Positions 37,703-48,984 of a stretch of DNA of 64,000 bases are shown in pieces (position 1 is the stretch's first letter; each line of letters begins with the position of its first letter). Position numbers and translations under genes: made by a program. The stretch lies in contig CAMZKL010000022.1 of the NCBI GenBank assembly GCA_947311255.1, forward strand, positions 10,801-74,800. The letters are read 5' to 3'. The notes beneath the pieces are model-generated. The model did no database searches and was not told the DNA's origin. It saw nothing but the letters and a program-made list of their open reading frames with translations. This DNA comes from an uncultured Chlorobiota bacterium (GTDB lineage: Bacteria > Bacteroidota > Bacteroidia > Bacteroidales > JAADGE01).

Positions 37703-38143
37703 TTAACATTCATCTTCTTTTCGTTTAATCCTAAAAACTCCTCTTCCAATTGCTATAATTTTTTCTTTATTATCAGGATGATATATTTTCATTTCTGTAA
37801 CAACTGAACGTTTTCTTTTGCTTAAAACTTTGCCAACGGCTATAATATTTTTTGCTTTACCAGGTCGCAAATAATCAATTCTCATATCAATTGTTGCAAC
37901 ATCATCATCAGGAGAAGTCATAAAAGTCATTGATGCAACGCCACCAGCCAAATCTACAGCAGTTGCAGTATATCCCCCATGTAATCGTTTTGTGCGAGGG
38001 TCTCCTATAAATTCATCTCTATATGGAAATAGAAGTTTTACATATCCTTCGGAAATATCAAGAACTTTAACTCCTATAAATTTTGCCATAGGAATCTTAT
38101 TCTCAACAACATCAACAAATATATTTTTTGTAATTTCATCCAT
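37703..38143 (-). CDS. PaaI-family hotdog-fold thioesterase
   Basis: 146 aa with LHGGYTATAVDLAGG, typical of the PaaI/YbgC-like 'uncharacterized domain 1' thioesterases. Confidence 0.8.
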   Translation of the reverse strand: MDEITKNIFVDVVENKIPMAKFIGVKVLDISEGYVKLLFPYRDEFIGDPRTKRLHGGYTATAVDLAGGVASMTFMTSPDDDVATIDMRIDYLRPGKAKNIIAVGKVLSKRKRSVVTEMKIYHPDNKEKIIAIGRGVFRIKRKEDEC

Positions 38144-38149
38144 TAAAAA

Positions 38150-38887
38150 TTATTTTTTTCCGTAATAAACTGATGAAATGCCAAACGTCAGTTTTTTTTC
38201 TTGTGTATTTTTGAACCCTGCATCTTCCATTTTTTTAATAAATTTTTTTCCATAAGGAAAGGCATCAACAGAAGCTGGCAAATAAGTATATGCAGAGATA
38301 TCTTTTGAAAACATTCTTCCAATGAAAGGTAAAATTCTTTTAAAATAAAAATTATAGAGTTGTTTTATTGGAAATTTTTCGGGTCTTGAAAATTCAAGTA
38401 CAACAAGTTCTCCATTTGGTTTCAAAACTCGGTACATTTCATTAATTCCTTTTTGAAGATTTTCAAAATTTCTTACTCCAAAAGCAACAGTGATTGCATC
38501 AAAATAATTATCGTAAAAAAGTAAATTTTCTGCATCTCCTTCTTGAAATTTAATAATACTTGCTAACCCTTTCTTATTAATTTTTTTCTTCCCTACTTCA
38601 AGCATTCCAGTGGAAATATCACTGCCAATAATTTTTTCCGGTTTTAATCTTTTAAATATCTCAATTGCAAAATCGCCGGTTCCGGTGGCAACGTCAAGTA
38701 TTATTTTTGGTTGGGATTTTTCTAAAAACTTAATAGATTTTCTACGCCAAATTTTATCTATATTCATTGATAAAAAATGATTTAAAAAATCATATTTATG
38801 TGCTATATTATCAAACATTTCAGCAACTTGTTTCTTTTTGCCTTTGTTTGAATTTTTGTATGGTGTTACAATTTTCGTAGTGTCCAA
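38150..38887 (-). CDS. menG: Demethylmenaquinone / ubiquinone C-methyltransferase (MenG/UbiE)
   Basis: VAEMFDNIAHKYDFLNHFLS plus the SAM motif LDVATGTGD. Confidence 0.9.
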   Translation of the reverse strand: MDTTKIVTPYKNSNKGKKKQVAEMFDNIAHKYDFLNHFLSMNIDKIWRRKSIKFLEKSQPKIILDVATGTGDFAIEIFKRLKPEKIIGSDISTGMLEVGKKKINKKGLASIIKFQEGDAENLLFYDNYFDAITVAFGVRNFENLQKGINEMYRVLKPNGELVVLEFSRPEKFPIKQLYNFYFKRILPFIGRMFSKDISAYTYLPASVDAFPYGKKFIKKMEDAGFKNTQEKKLTFGISSVYYGKK

Positions 38888-38914
38888 AATATTATTTTAT
38901 TCAAATTTATAAAT

Positions 38915-39286
38915 CTATTTAGCAAGCCAAAATCCAAAATAAACTGCCACTAATCCAAACACTAAACTTGATGAAATATAAATAAACGACATCAAATATT
39001 GTTGAGTTTGTAAAAATTGTAAATTTTCAAATGCAAATGCAGAAAAAGTGGTAAATCCACCGCAAAGACCAACAGCAAGAAACATTTTCCAGCTTACAGA
39101 CAGTAAATCGTCTTTTTCAAATATTCCTAAAACTAAACCTATTAGAAAACTTCCAATAATGTTTACAAAAAGAGTTCCAATAGGTTGAATTGAATCAAAC
39201 ATTTTAAGCAATAACTGACCAGAGCCAAAACGCAAAGCACTTCCAATAAACCCTCCTGCACCAACAAGTAGCATATTCTGTAACAT
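38915..39286 (-). CDS. crcB: Fluoride ion channel CrcB/FluC
   Basis: 123 aa with 4 TM helices, GAGGFIGSALRF and GLCGGFTTFSAF. Confidence 0.92.
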   Translation of the reverse strand: MLQNMLLVGAGGFIGSALRFGSGQLLLKMFDSIQPIGTLFVNIIGSFLIGLVLGIFEKDDLLSVSWKMFLAVGLCGGFTTFSAFAFENLQFLQTQQYLMSFIYISSSLVFGLVAVYFGFWLAK

Positions 39287-39308
39287 ATAAATTTATTTTT
39301 TTGCTTTG

Positions 39309-39316
39309 CAAAGATA
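39309..39316 (-). promoter_or_regulatory. -7 promoter box (TATCTTTG on minus strand) for crcB
   Basis: The reverse complement of CAAAGATA is TATCTTTG, about 22 nt upstream of the crcB ATG. That is too close to leave room for a riboswitch. Confidence 0.5.
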
Positions 39317-39494
39317 ATAAAAACCTTTAAGCTCAAAAATTGATTAATTATTAGCACATTATAATATGAAAACTTGATGCAATGAGTTAATAACATTTAC
39401 AGTTAACACACTGCTAATCTACAAATTACATTAGCTTATTGTTAAAAAATAAATTAATAGAACTAAATTTAATTTTCAATAGCATAAAATTGAT

Positions 39495-39502
39495 TAAATT
39501 TG
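39495..39502 (+). promoter_or_regulatory. -7 promoter box (TAAATTTG) for rsfS-ftsH
   Basis: Exact TAnnTTTG match 30 nt upstream of the rsfS ATG. Confidence 0.5.
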
Positions 39503-39532
39503 CACTTTAAAAATTAAAATATTGTATATTAT

Positions 39533-39907
39533 ATGAATAATACAAAAAAACTTCTTGAATCTATCATTGAAGGAATGACTGAAAAGAAAGCAGAAAGAAT
39601 AGTGAAAGTTAATTTTGCAGAAATTGAAAATACAATTACTGATTTTTTTATTATTTGTGAAGCAACTACTGACAAACAAGTTAAAGCAATTTCAGATTCA
39701 ATAGAAGAAATAGTTTTTAAAAAGACAAAAGAAAAGCCTTTAAATGTTGAAGGAAAAGATAATTCAGAATGGATTATTTTAGATTATTTTGATATTATTG
39801 TTCATGTATTTAAAAAAGATTTTAGAGAATTATATAATTTAGAAGATTTATGGGCAGATGCTCAAATAACAAAGATTGATATTAAGTATTCAAGTTTAGA
39901 TAATTAA
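39533..39907 (+). CDS. rsfS: Ribosome silencing factor RsfS (iojap family)
   Basis: 124 aa with FFIICEATTDKQVKAI and WIILDYFDIIVHVF. Confidence 0.9.
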   Translation: MNNTKKLLESIIEGMTEKKAERIVKVNFAEIENTITDFFIICEATTDKQVKAISDSIEEIVFKKTKEKPLNVEGKDNSEWIILDYFDIIVHVFKKDFRELYNLEDLWADAQITKIDIKYSSLDN

Positions 39908-39921
39908 AAATAAAAAAATAA

Positions 39922-42033
<2,112 letters not shown>

Positions 42034-42044
42034 ACACTAAAAAA

Positions 42045-42983
42045 ATGGATAACTGGATAAAAATTCAATCATTTAAAAGAGTTCATCAAGCAGAACTAAG
42101 AAAAGATATTTTAGCACAAAACAATATTAATTCTGTTATAATTAATGAAAAAGACAGCCTTTTTCTTCTTGGCGAAATAGAACTCTTTGTAGAAGAAAAA
42201 GACGAAAAAAAGGCAAAAGCTTTAATTAATGAATTTAATGGTCTAACTAAAATAAATTCATTTATTGACATGAAACCTATTTTGCTTTTTCAAAAAATAT
42301 TACAAGATGCAAATATTGAAACTTTTATTAAAAGAAAAGAAAGCGACAAATACATTCTTGGAAACTATGAATTATATATCGAAAATGATAATTTGGACAG
42401 TGTTATACCTTATCTTACAGGAAAAAAAATTGAAGGTTGGAAAAAAATTAAAACTTGCAAAAAAGTAAGACAAACCAAATTATATATAGATTTACTTTCT
42501 GAAAATTTAATTAATTCAATAATTATTAAGCAAAAAAATTCAGAATATCATTTAGAAGCAATAAATATTTATGTTAAAAATGAAGATACTGAAAAAGCTG
42601 AAAAAATCATTAATGAACTAAAAGGTTTTTCTACAATTGTAGAGTCCGACAAGTTTTCTTCTGTTGAAAAAGCCGAAGAATTATTAGCAAAAGAAGATAT
42701 AAAATCTTTTATTAAAAAAGATGGCTTAAAATTCAAAACACTTGTTAAAGATGCTGAAATTGAAAAAGCTAAAACAATAATAAATAAAAATATTGATTGG
42801 GTTAAACTTAAAACTTTCTCAAATATAGGCAATGCAATATATTATAAAGGAATTTTAGAAACAGCAAATATCCCATCAATAATTATTAACGAAAAAGATA
42901 GTGCTTTTTTATTAGGAAGCATTGATCTTTTTATTGAAAAAAACTCATACAATAAAGCTAATGAATTAATTGAAAAATTATAA
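42045..42983 (+). CDS. Hypothetical protein built from tandem DUF2007-like repeats
   Basis: 312 aa. Three clear ~62-aa units begin at DNWIKIQSF, EGWKKIKTC and IDWVKLKTF, and units 1 and 5 share IINEKDSxFLLGxIxLFxE. Two more degenerate units lie between them. Confidence 0.6.
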   Translation: MDNWIKIQSFKRVHQAELRKDILAQNNINSVIINEKDSLFLLGEIELFVEEKDEKKAKALINEFNGLTKINSFIDMKPILLFQKILQDANIETFIKRKESDKYILGNYELYIENDNLDSVIPYLTGKKIEGWKKIKTCKKVRQTKLYIDLLSENLINSIIIKQKNSEYHLEAINIYVKNEDTEKAEKIINELKGFSTIVESDKFSSVEKAEELLAKEDIKSFIKKDGLKFKTLVKDAEIEKAKTIINKNIDWVKLKTFSNIGNAIYYKGILETANIPSIIINEKDSAFLLGSIDLFIEKNSYNKANELIEKL

Positions 42984-42992
42984 AATTAAAAT

Positions 42993-43823
42993 TTGAAAAA
43001 AACCCTTTTTATAAGAGCACTATCAGCAATTATTTTTCTTGTTATTCTGTTGAGTGGTATATTAATTAACCAATATCTATATCTTGCAATATTTGTAGTA
43101 ATAAATGCACTATCTCAATTTGAATTTTACAAATTAATAAGAAAGAAAGACCATTATGCACAATACGGATATGGTATTTTTGTTGGAATAGTATTGTTCT
43201 TGTCAACTTTTTTTGTTGCAAATGGAACTTTACCCGCAGCAACATATCTTATTTCAGTTTTTTTAATTCTAATTCTTTTTATTATTCAACTTTACGGAAA
43301 AAGAGAAGAACATTTCACTTCTGTTGCTTTTACAATAGTTGCAATTCTCTATATTTCAGTTCCGCTTTCTACATTAAATTTCATTGCTTTTTCCGGAATA
43401 AATGAGAACCAATATACATACGAATTTATTCTTGCAATGTTTATTCTAATATGGGTAAACGATAGTGGAGCATACATATTAGGTTCAATATTTGGAAAAC
43501 ATAAACTATTTGAACGAATTTCTCCCAAAAAAACATGGGAAGGCTCAATTGGAGGATTTTTTTCTGCCTTGGGAACATCATATTTTTTATCATTTTGGCT
43601 AACAAGTCTAAATATTTATGAATGGTTTATTTTCGCAACAATAGTTTCGGTATTTGGAACTTATGGCGACCTTGTTGAGTCTCATTTAAAAAGAAGAGTT
43701 GGAGTAAAAGATTCAGGAAGAATAATGCCCGGGCATGGAGGAATGCTCGACAGATTTGATAGTACTTTCTTTGTTGCTCCTATGATTTTTTTATATCTTA
43801 AAATTTTAGAACATCTTTTTTAA
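42993..43823 (+). CDS. cdsA: Phosphatidate cytidylyltransferase
   Basis: 276 aa from a TTG start, multi-TM, with the signature SHLKRRVGVKDSGRIMPGHGGMLDRFDS. Confidence 0.92.
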   Translation: MKKTLFIRALSAIIFLVILLSGILINQYLYLAIFVVINALSQFEFYKLIRKKDHYAQYGYGIFVGIVLFLSTFFVANGTLPAATYLISVFLILILFIIQLYGKREEHFTSVAFTIVAILYISVPLSTLNFIAFSGINENQYTYEFILAMFILIWVNDSGAYILGSIFGKHKLFERISPKKTWEGSIGGFFSALGTSYFLSFWLTSLNIYEWFIFATIVSVFGTYGDLVESHLKRRVGVKDSGRIMPGHGGMLDRFDSTFFVAPMIFLYLKILEHLF

Positions 43824-43834
43824 TAAAAAACATT

Positions 43835-44488
43835 ATGACAATACATAAACAAGGTTACAGGGTAATTTTAGTTGTAATTATAACAATTTCAACAATCTTA
43901 GCATTACTTTATTTTTTTGTAGAATGCAGAATACCATTATTTGTGCTAAGTTTTTTATCTGCAATAATACTTGGAATAACTTTGCAATTTTTCAGAAACC
44001 CAAATAGAAAAGGTATTATTTCAGAAGGCAGTATAATCTCACCTGCCGACGGAAAAGTAGTTGTAATTGAAAAAACTTCTGAAAATGAATATTTTAAGGA
44101 CGAAAGATTAAAAATATCTATATTTATGTCTTTGTGGAATGTTCATATTAATTTTTATCCTATAACAGGAATAATAAAATATGCAAAATACCATAAAGGA
44201 AAATATTTATTAGCAATAAACCCAAAATCTTCTCTAGAAAACGAAAGAACATCAATAGTTATTGAAAACAAAGATAAAAAAGATGTCTTATTTCGTCAAA
44301 TTGCAGGAATAGTTGCAAGAAGAATTGTTTTTTATGCAAAAAAGGATGACAAAGTAAAACAATCTGACGAATGTGGTTTTATAAAATTTGGCTCAAGAGT
44401 TGATATTTTCTTACCTCTTGATGCAAAAGTAAAAGTAAAAATTGGAGACAAAGTTAAAGGATCGCAAAGTATTATTGCAGACTTATAA
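43835..44488 (+). CDS. psd: Phosphatidylserine decarboxylase proenzyme (short form)
   Basis: 217 aa with two N-terminal TM helices and an FGSRVD self-cleavage-type motif. It follows cdsA. Confidence 0.88.
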   Translation: MTIHKQGYRVILVVIITISTILALLYFFVECRIPLFVLSFLSAIILGITLQFFRNPNRKGIISEGSIISPADGKVVVIEKTSENEYFKDERLKISIFMSLWNVHINFYPITGIIKYAKYHKGKYLLAINPKSSLENERTSIVIENKDKKDVLFRQIAGIVARRIVFYAKKDDKVKQSDECGFIKFGSRVDIFLPLDAKVKVKIGDKVKGSQSIIADL

Positions 44489-44494
44489 AAAATA

Positions 44495-44884
44495 CTATCT
44501 TTTTAACTCAAGCAAAACATCAGTTTCTTTTTTTACGCTTTTTAAACTCATCGTATTATCGCTAATATTTTGAATCTCAAAAAAAACATCTTTGTTTGAA
44601 GTTAATATTCTTTTACCATCCTCAGAAATAGACCAAGTGCCAATTGTTGGTTTATTAAGCACTGACAATTTAAAAGTTTTATCTTGATTAAACTCGATAA
44701 ACGAACTTTTTAACATACTGTTTACAATATTATTAACTGAATTATCAGTAACAGAAGAAACATCGGTTTTTAGAGCAACGATTTGCCATTTTCCAATTAT
44801 ATTTTTTGCAGTTTTTTTAGAGATAGAACAAGAAAATATTGAGAAAATAATAGTTAAAGCAATTATAATTTTAAAAGATTTCAT
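44495..44884 (-). CDS. Hypothetical lipocalin-like lipoprotein
   Basis: 129 aa with signal peptide and lipobox (IFSIFSCS), followed by GKWQIVAL, a motif common in small lipocalin-like proteins. Confidence 0.55.
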   Translation of the reverse strand: MKSFKIIIALTIIFSIFSCSISKKTAKNIIGKWQIVALKTDVSSVTDNSVNNIVNSMLKSSFIEFNQDKTFKLSVLNKPTIGTWSISEDGKRILTSNKDVFFEIQNISDNTMSLKSVKKETDVLLELKR

Positions 44885-45019
44885 ACGTTTTATTTTAAAT
44901 AAAAAACAAAGATATAAAGAATTATTTGCAATTCTTAGTTTGGAATATTAATTTTAACATCAATTATATTAAAATATTCATAAATTTTTATACAAAAACA
45001 AACAAAACAAATTTTAAAT

Positions 45020-45700
45020 ATGGCTTGGAATATTTTTAAAAAAGGAAAAGAAAAACTTCAAAATCAAGAAGGCATAAATTTAAAAACGAAAGTTGAAAAT
45101 GCTCTTAGAGATGCTGAAAATGATAAGGAAGAAGCAATAAAAGAAATAGAAACTATAAAAGACTGGGCAGCAGAAGCTATTGTAGAAACCTATGCAGATG
45201 TTTTTCCCAATGGGCATCTAACATATTATAAAAATAAATATAAAAAAGATGCACTTGAAAACTACAATAAATATAAAACAGAAAATGTTAATAAAATTGA
45301 CCCTAAATTAGCAGAAAGGTGCGATAAAATTGTTAATGCTTATAATCTCCAAATAAATTTAAGAGACTCTAAACTAATGCTTTACGATAAATTAGTTCAA
45401 AAATATCAGGCTACTAAAGAAAAGCTCAAAGAATTAGAACTAAACAAAGAAAAAGAAGACACAATAATTAAACACGAAAAACGAATAAAAGAATTAGACA
45501 ATTCTGAAAAAGAATTTGTTGATGCTTTAACAGATACTGCAAAATTTGAAGAACTTGAAAGAGAATTTGAACTTAAAATAGAATATGCAAAACAATTAAA
45601 CGTTCTTAATGAAAAATATAAAGACGAAGGAGACCTAGACGACCTAACAGCATCTATAGCATTTAAAGATGAAATTGATAAAATGATTGATGAAATTTAA
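45020..45700 (+). CDS. Hypothetical coiled-coil protein (no signal peptide)
   Basis: 226 aa, K/E-rich with heptad character. Its 3' end overlaps the next gene by 14 nt. No family recognised. Confidence 0.55.
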   Translation: MAWNIFKKGKEKLQNQEGINLKTKVENALRDAENDKEEAIKEIETIKDWAAEAIVETYADVFPNGHLTYYKNKYKKDALENYNKYKTENVNKIDPKLAERCDKIVNAYNLQINLRDSKLMLYDKLVQKYQATKEKLKELELNKEKEDTIIKHEKRIKELDNSEKEFVDALTDTAKFEELEREFELKIEYAKQLNVLNEKYKDEGDLDDLTASIAFKDEIDKMIDEI

Positions 45701-47384
45701 TTTTAAATTAATACTTTTTTATACTGTTTTTATACTGTTATTTTTGTTTACTAAAAGTATTTATGCTCAAAAATACGAATTAAACATTATTCCATCAGAT
45801 AGTAGTTCAATTAGTTTTATCAAAAAAAAATCATTTACAAAAACCTTCAATGACAGTATTCAATTAAACAATGAACTTACTAAGATAAGAAGTAAGCTCT
45901 TTTCAAAAGGATATATTACTGCCTCATTAGACAGCTTAATTTTTGACTCTTTAATTGCAAACGCATATTTTTTTATTGGAGAAAAGTTTCAAATTATAAA
46001 AATAAATGCACAAGGTATTGATGACAGAACTATCAGAAAACTTAACATCCCTCTGAATAAAAATAAAACTACAAACCCAATTGAGTTAATACAGATTTAT
46101 GAAAGAATAATTAAATATTATGAAAACAATGCTTATCCGTTTGCCCATATTAGTCCCAGAAACATTGAAATATTAAACGGAAATATAATTCTAGATTTAA
46201 GCATAAAAAAAAATAAGCATATTTCTATAAACAAGGTAATTATAAAAGGAACTGATAAAATTCCAAAGACATTTATTAAGCATTATATCTCAATTTTTGA
46301 AGAAGATTATTATAATGAAAAATTGATATCTGAAATAAGCTCAAAAATACAAAACTTAAGTTTTATTTCAGAAATTAGAAAACCTGAACTTGAGTTTATA
46401 ACTAATAAAGCAAATCTCTATCTTTATCTTAAAAAAAAGAAAGCAAATCTTTTTAATGGTATCATAGGTTTTATTCCTGAAAAAGAAAACAATTACAAAC
46501 TATCTTTTACGGGAGATGTTAATCTTAAGCTGATAAACAATTTTTCAAAAGGAGAAGATATTTCATTAAATTGGAGTAGAACAAAGAAATTGTCTCAAAA
46601 ACTAAGTATAAAAAGTAATATTCCGTACGTTTTTAAAAGTCCATTTGGTATAAATTTAAAATTCAAATTAGACAAAAAAGACACTACATATATGACAATT
46701 AAAAGTACCTTTGGCTTTGACTACTCTTTTAAAAACAATGATAAAATTTTTGCTTATGCAAAAAAAGTAAATTCATATATTCTTTCCTCAAAATATACTG
46801 ACACAACTCTTTATGCAAATATTAATTCTTTTGCATTTGGGTTATCATACAAAACAGAAAAAATTAATTATTTATTCAATCCGTCAAAAGGATACTTCTT
46901 TTTCATGGATATAACAAGCGGTAAAAAGAAAATAAATTCAATAGAATCCAACTATGTAAACACTCAATTATTATTTGATTTATACACACCTTTAATAAAC
47001 AAATTTGTATTAAAAACTTCATTAACAAACAATTATTTATTCTCTAAAACAAGTCTTTTTCAAAATGAGATGTTTAAAATAGGAGGTTTTAATTCAATAA
47101 GAGGATTTGATGAAGATGCTTTTTATTCATCCGGATATTCTATTCTATCAAATGAAATAAGATTTTTATATGAAAAAAATTCAAATGTATATATTTTTTC
47201 GGATGTAGCACGAACAATAAAAAACAAGAACAATGAAATATATCTTTTTGGTTTTGGTATTGGAACTAATTTTGCAACAAAAGCAGGAATTTTCTCTGTT
47301 GCATATGCCTTAGGCAAATTTCATAACGAAATTATTCAACTTTCTTCCTCAAAAATTCATATAGGATATATTAACAAATTTTAG
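45687..47384 (+). CDS. Omp85/BamA-TamA family outer membrane protein
   Basis: 565 aa with a signal peptide (SIYAQ), POTRA-like N-terminal units, the barrel motif FKIGGFNSIRGFDEDAF and terminal GYINKF. Confidence 0.75.
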   Translation: MMKFNFKLILFYTVFILLFLFTKSIYAQKYELNIIPSDSSSISFIKKKSFTKTFNDSIQLNNELTKIRSKLFSKGYITASLDSLIFDSLIANAYFFIGEKFQIIKINAQGIDDRTIRKLNIPLNKNKTTNPIELIQIYERIIKYYENNAYPFAHISPRNIEILNGNIILDLSIKKNKHISINKVIIKGTDKIPKTFIKHYISIFEEDYYNEKLISEISSKIQNLSFISEIRKPELEFITNKANLYLYLKKKKANLFNGIIGFIPEKENNYKLSFTGDVNLKLINNFSKGEDISLNWSRTKKLSQKLSIKSNIPYVFKSPFGINLKFKLDKKDTTYMTIKSTFGFDYSFKNNDKIFAYAKKVNSYILSSKYTDTTLYANINSFAFGLSYKTEKINYLFNPSKGYFFFMDITSGKKKINSIESNYVNTQLLFDLYTPLINKFVLKTSLTNNYLFSKTSLFQNEMFKIGGFNSIRGFDEDAFYSSGYSILSNEIRFLYEKNSNVYIFSDVARTIKNKNNEIYLFGFGIGTNFATKAGIFSVAYALGKFHNEIIQLSSSKIHIGYINKF

Positions 47385-47450
47385 TTATTTGTAATTATTC
47401 TTAATCAAGTACTTATTTGCTTATTTTTTGGTTATTAAAACTGTATTTTT

Positions 47451-47458
47451 TATATTTG
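47451..47458 (+). promoter_or_regulatory. -7 promoter box (TATATTTG) for the porin gene
   Basis: Exact TAnnTTTG match 36 nt upstream of the ATG at 47495. Confidence 0.5.
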
Positions 47459-47494
47459 TGAAAAAATATTTATTTACTAATTAAATTATTTTAT

Positions 47495-48922
47495 ATGAAA
47501 CATTTAAACTTAATTTTTGCACTAATTTTCACTTTTCTTTTTAGTGGAATTGTATCTGCACAAGATGACAAAAAAGATAAAAAGAAAGCTGAGATTACAA
47601 TTTGCGGTGAATTGAGACCAAGAACAGAATTTAATCATGGTTTAAAAGCTCCTATGCTAAAATGGAACATTCAAGACGAGTATAAACAAAAAGGCTCATT
47701 AGCAACTACTCAAAGGTCTCGTTTTGGAATACACTACAAAACAAATAAAGTAAAATTTGGCATCCAATTACAAGATGTAAGAATGTGGGGGGGGCAGCCT
47801 CAACTAGTAAAAAATGAAGCAAATAGTATTTCTGTACATCAAGCATGGGCAGAATTTTATTTTACAAAAGAATTTTCATTAAAAGCGGGGCGTATGGAAC
47901 TTGCTTATGATGATCACAGAATTCTTGGTAATGTAGGTTGGGCACAACAAGCACGTTCACATGATTTAGCTCTTTTTAAATATGAAGGCGACATTAAAGT
48001 TCATCTTGGATTAGCATACCACGGCGGTCCATACGCAGGACCTGACGCATACAAAGCAATGCAATTTTTATGGGTAAACGGTAAAGCTGCTGATTTTGGA
48101 TATAGCATTTTATTTTTAAATAATGGCAAAACTGAAAATGGTGTTTGGGCAAATGATCTTACAACTGGAGATTTTACTGGTGTTGCTGAAAGAAACGCAT
48201 ACAGTCAAACTGTTGGAGGTCATTTCACTTATAAATTAGGTGATTTAAAATTAGGATTAAATGCTTATTACCAAATGGGTAAAAAGTCAAAAATGTGGGT
48301 TGACACAAAAAGTTTACCGGCTGGTGTAACTGCTGAAAGTATTGGAATGGCAGACAAAAAAGGTCAAGGTCAAAAAATAGCTGCATATAATTTTGCTTTT
48401 GATGCAATGTACAAAGTTAGTGATGATTTAAAAGTTGGCTTTGCTTATGAGAACCTTTCTGGAAATGATTTAACAAACGCAGACAGAAAAGATGAAAATG
48501 CTTTTGCTCCTTTATACGGAACAAATCATAAATTTAATGGTTGGATGGATTATTTTTACGTAGGAAATCATGGAAGTAATGTTGGTTTACAAGATATTAA
48601 CTTTAAAGCAATCTATAAAAATGGACCTTTCTTCGTGAAATTTATTCCTCATTATTTTATGGCTGCTAACAAATCAAAATATACAGATTTAGATGGCAAC
48701 GAACAAGATTTAAAAGCATTAGGTACAGAAATTGATATTTGGGCAGGTTATAATCTAGTTCCAAAAGTAGCAAGTATTCAATTTGGTTATTCACATATGT
48801 TAGCAACAGAAGGAATGTATGCACTTAAAGGTGTTGGTCTTAGTTCTAATAATGGCATGGGAACTAACAACTGGTTTTGGGCAATGTTAGTTTTAAAACC
48901 AAAGTTTATGATGAGTAAATAA
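47495..48922 (+). CDS. Outer membrane porin, alginate-export (AlgE)-like family
   Basis: 475 aa with a signal peptide (VSAQ). GELRPRTEF and AGRMELAYDDHRILGNVGWAQQARSHD resemble my memory of the alginate_exp family signature. Confidence 0.65.
   Translation: MKHLNLIFALIFTFLFSGIVSAQDDKKDKKKAEITICGELRPRTEFNHGLKAPMLKWNIQDEYKQKGSLATTQRSRFGIHYKTNKVKFGIQLQDVRMWGGQPQLVKNEANSISVHQAWAEFYFTKEFSLKAGRMELAYDDHRILGNVGWAQQARSHDLALFKYEGDIKVHLGLAYHGGPYAGPDAYKAMQFLWVNGKAADFGYSILFLNNGKTENGVWANDLTTGDFTGVAERNAYSQTVGGHFTYKLGDLKLGLNAYYQMGKKSKMWVDTKSLPAGVTAESIGMADKKGQGQKIAAYNFAFDAMYKVSDDLKVGFAYENLSGNDLTNADRKDENAFAPLYGTNHKFNGWMDYFYVGNHGSNVGLQDINFKAIYKNGPFFVKFIPHYFMAANKSKYTDLDGNEQDLKALGTEIDIWAGYNLVPKVASIQFGYSHMLATEGMYALKGVGLSSNNGMGTNNWFWAMLVLKPKFMMSK
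47787..47794 (+). repeat. G8 homopolymer inside the porin CDS
   Basis: tgg ggg ggg encodes W-G-G. It is one of two 8-G runs I noticed on reading through this AT-rich window. Confidence 0.9.
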
Positions 48923-48948
48923 TATACTTTCTTAAAGTATTGTTTTTT

Positions 48949-48984
48949 AACCATATAAGATGTAAATCTTATATGGTTTTTTAT
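48949..48984 (+). terminator. Strong rho-independent terminator after the porin gene
   Basis: A 13-bp perfect stem, AACCATATAAGAT (48949-61) with ATCTTATATGGTT (48966-78), has loop GTAA and is followed by TTTTT. Confidence 0.8.

Noticed and set aside
39287-39420. Expected fluoride riboswitch upstream of crcB.
   Set aside because: The promoter box sits about 22 nt from the ATG, and the upstream sequence has none of the crcB-motif core (GGCGATGG...CTGATGATGCCTAC-like). There is no riboswitch here.
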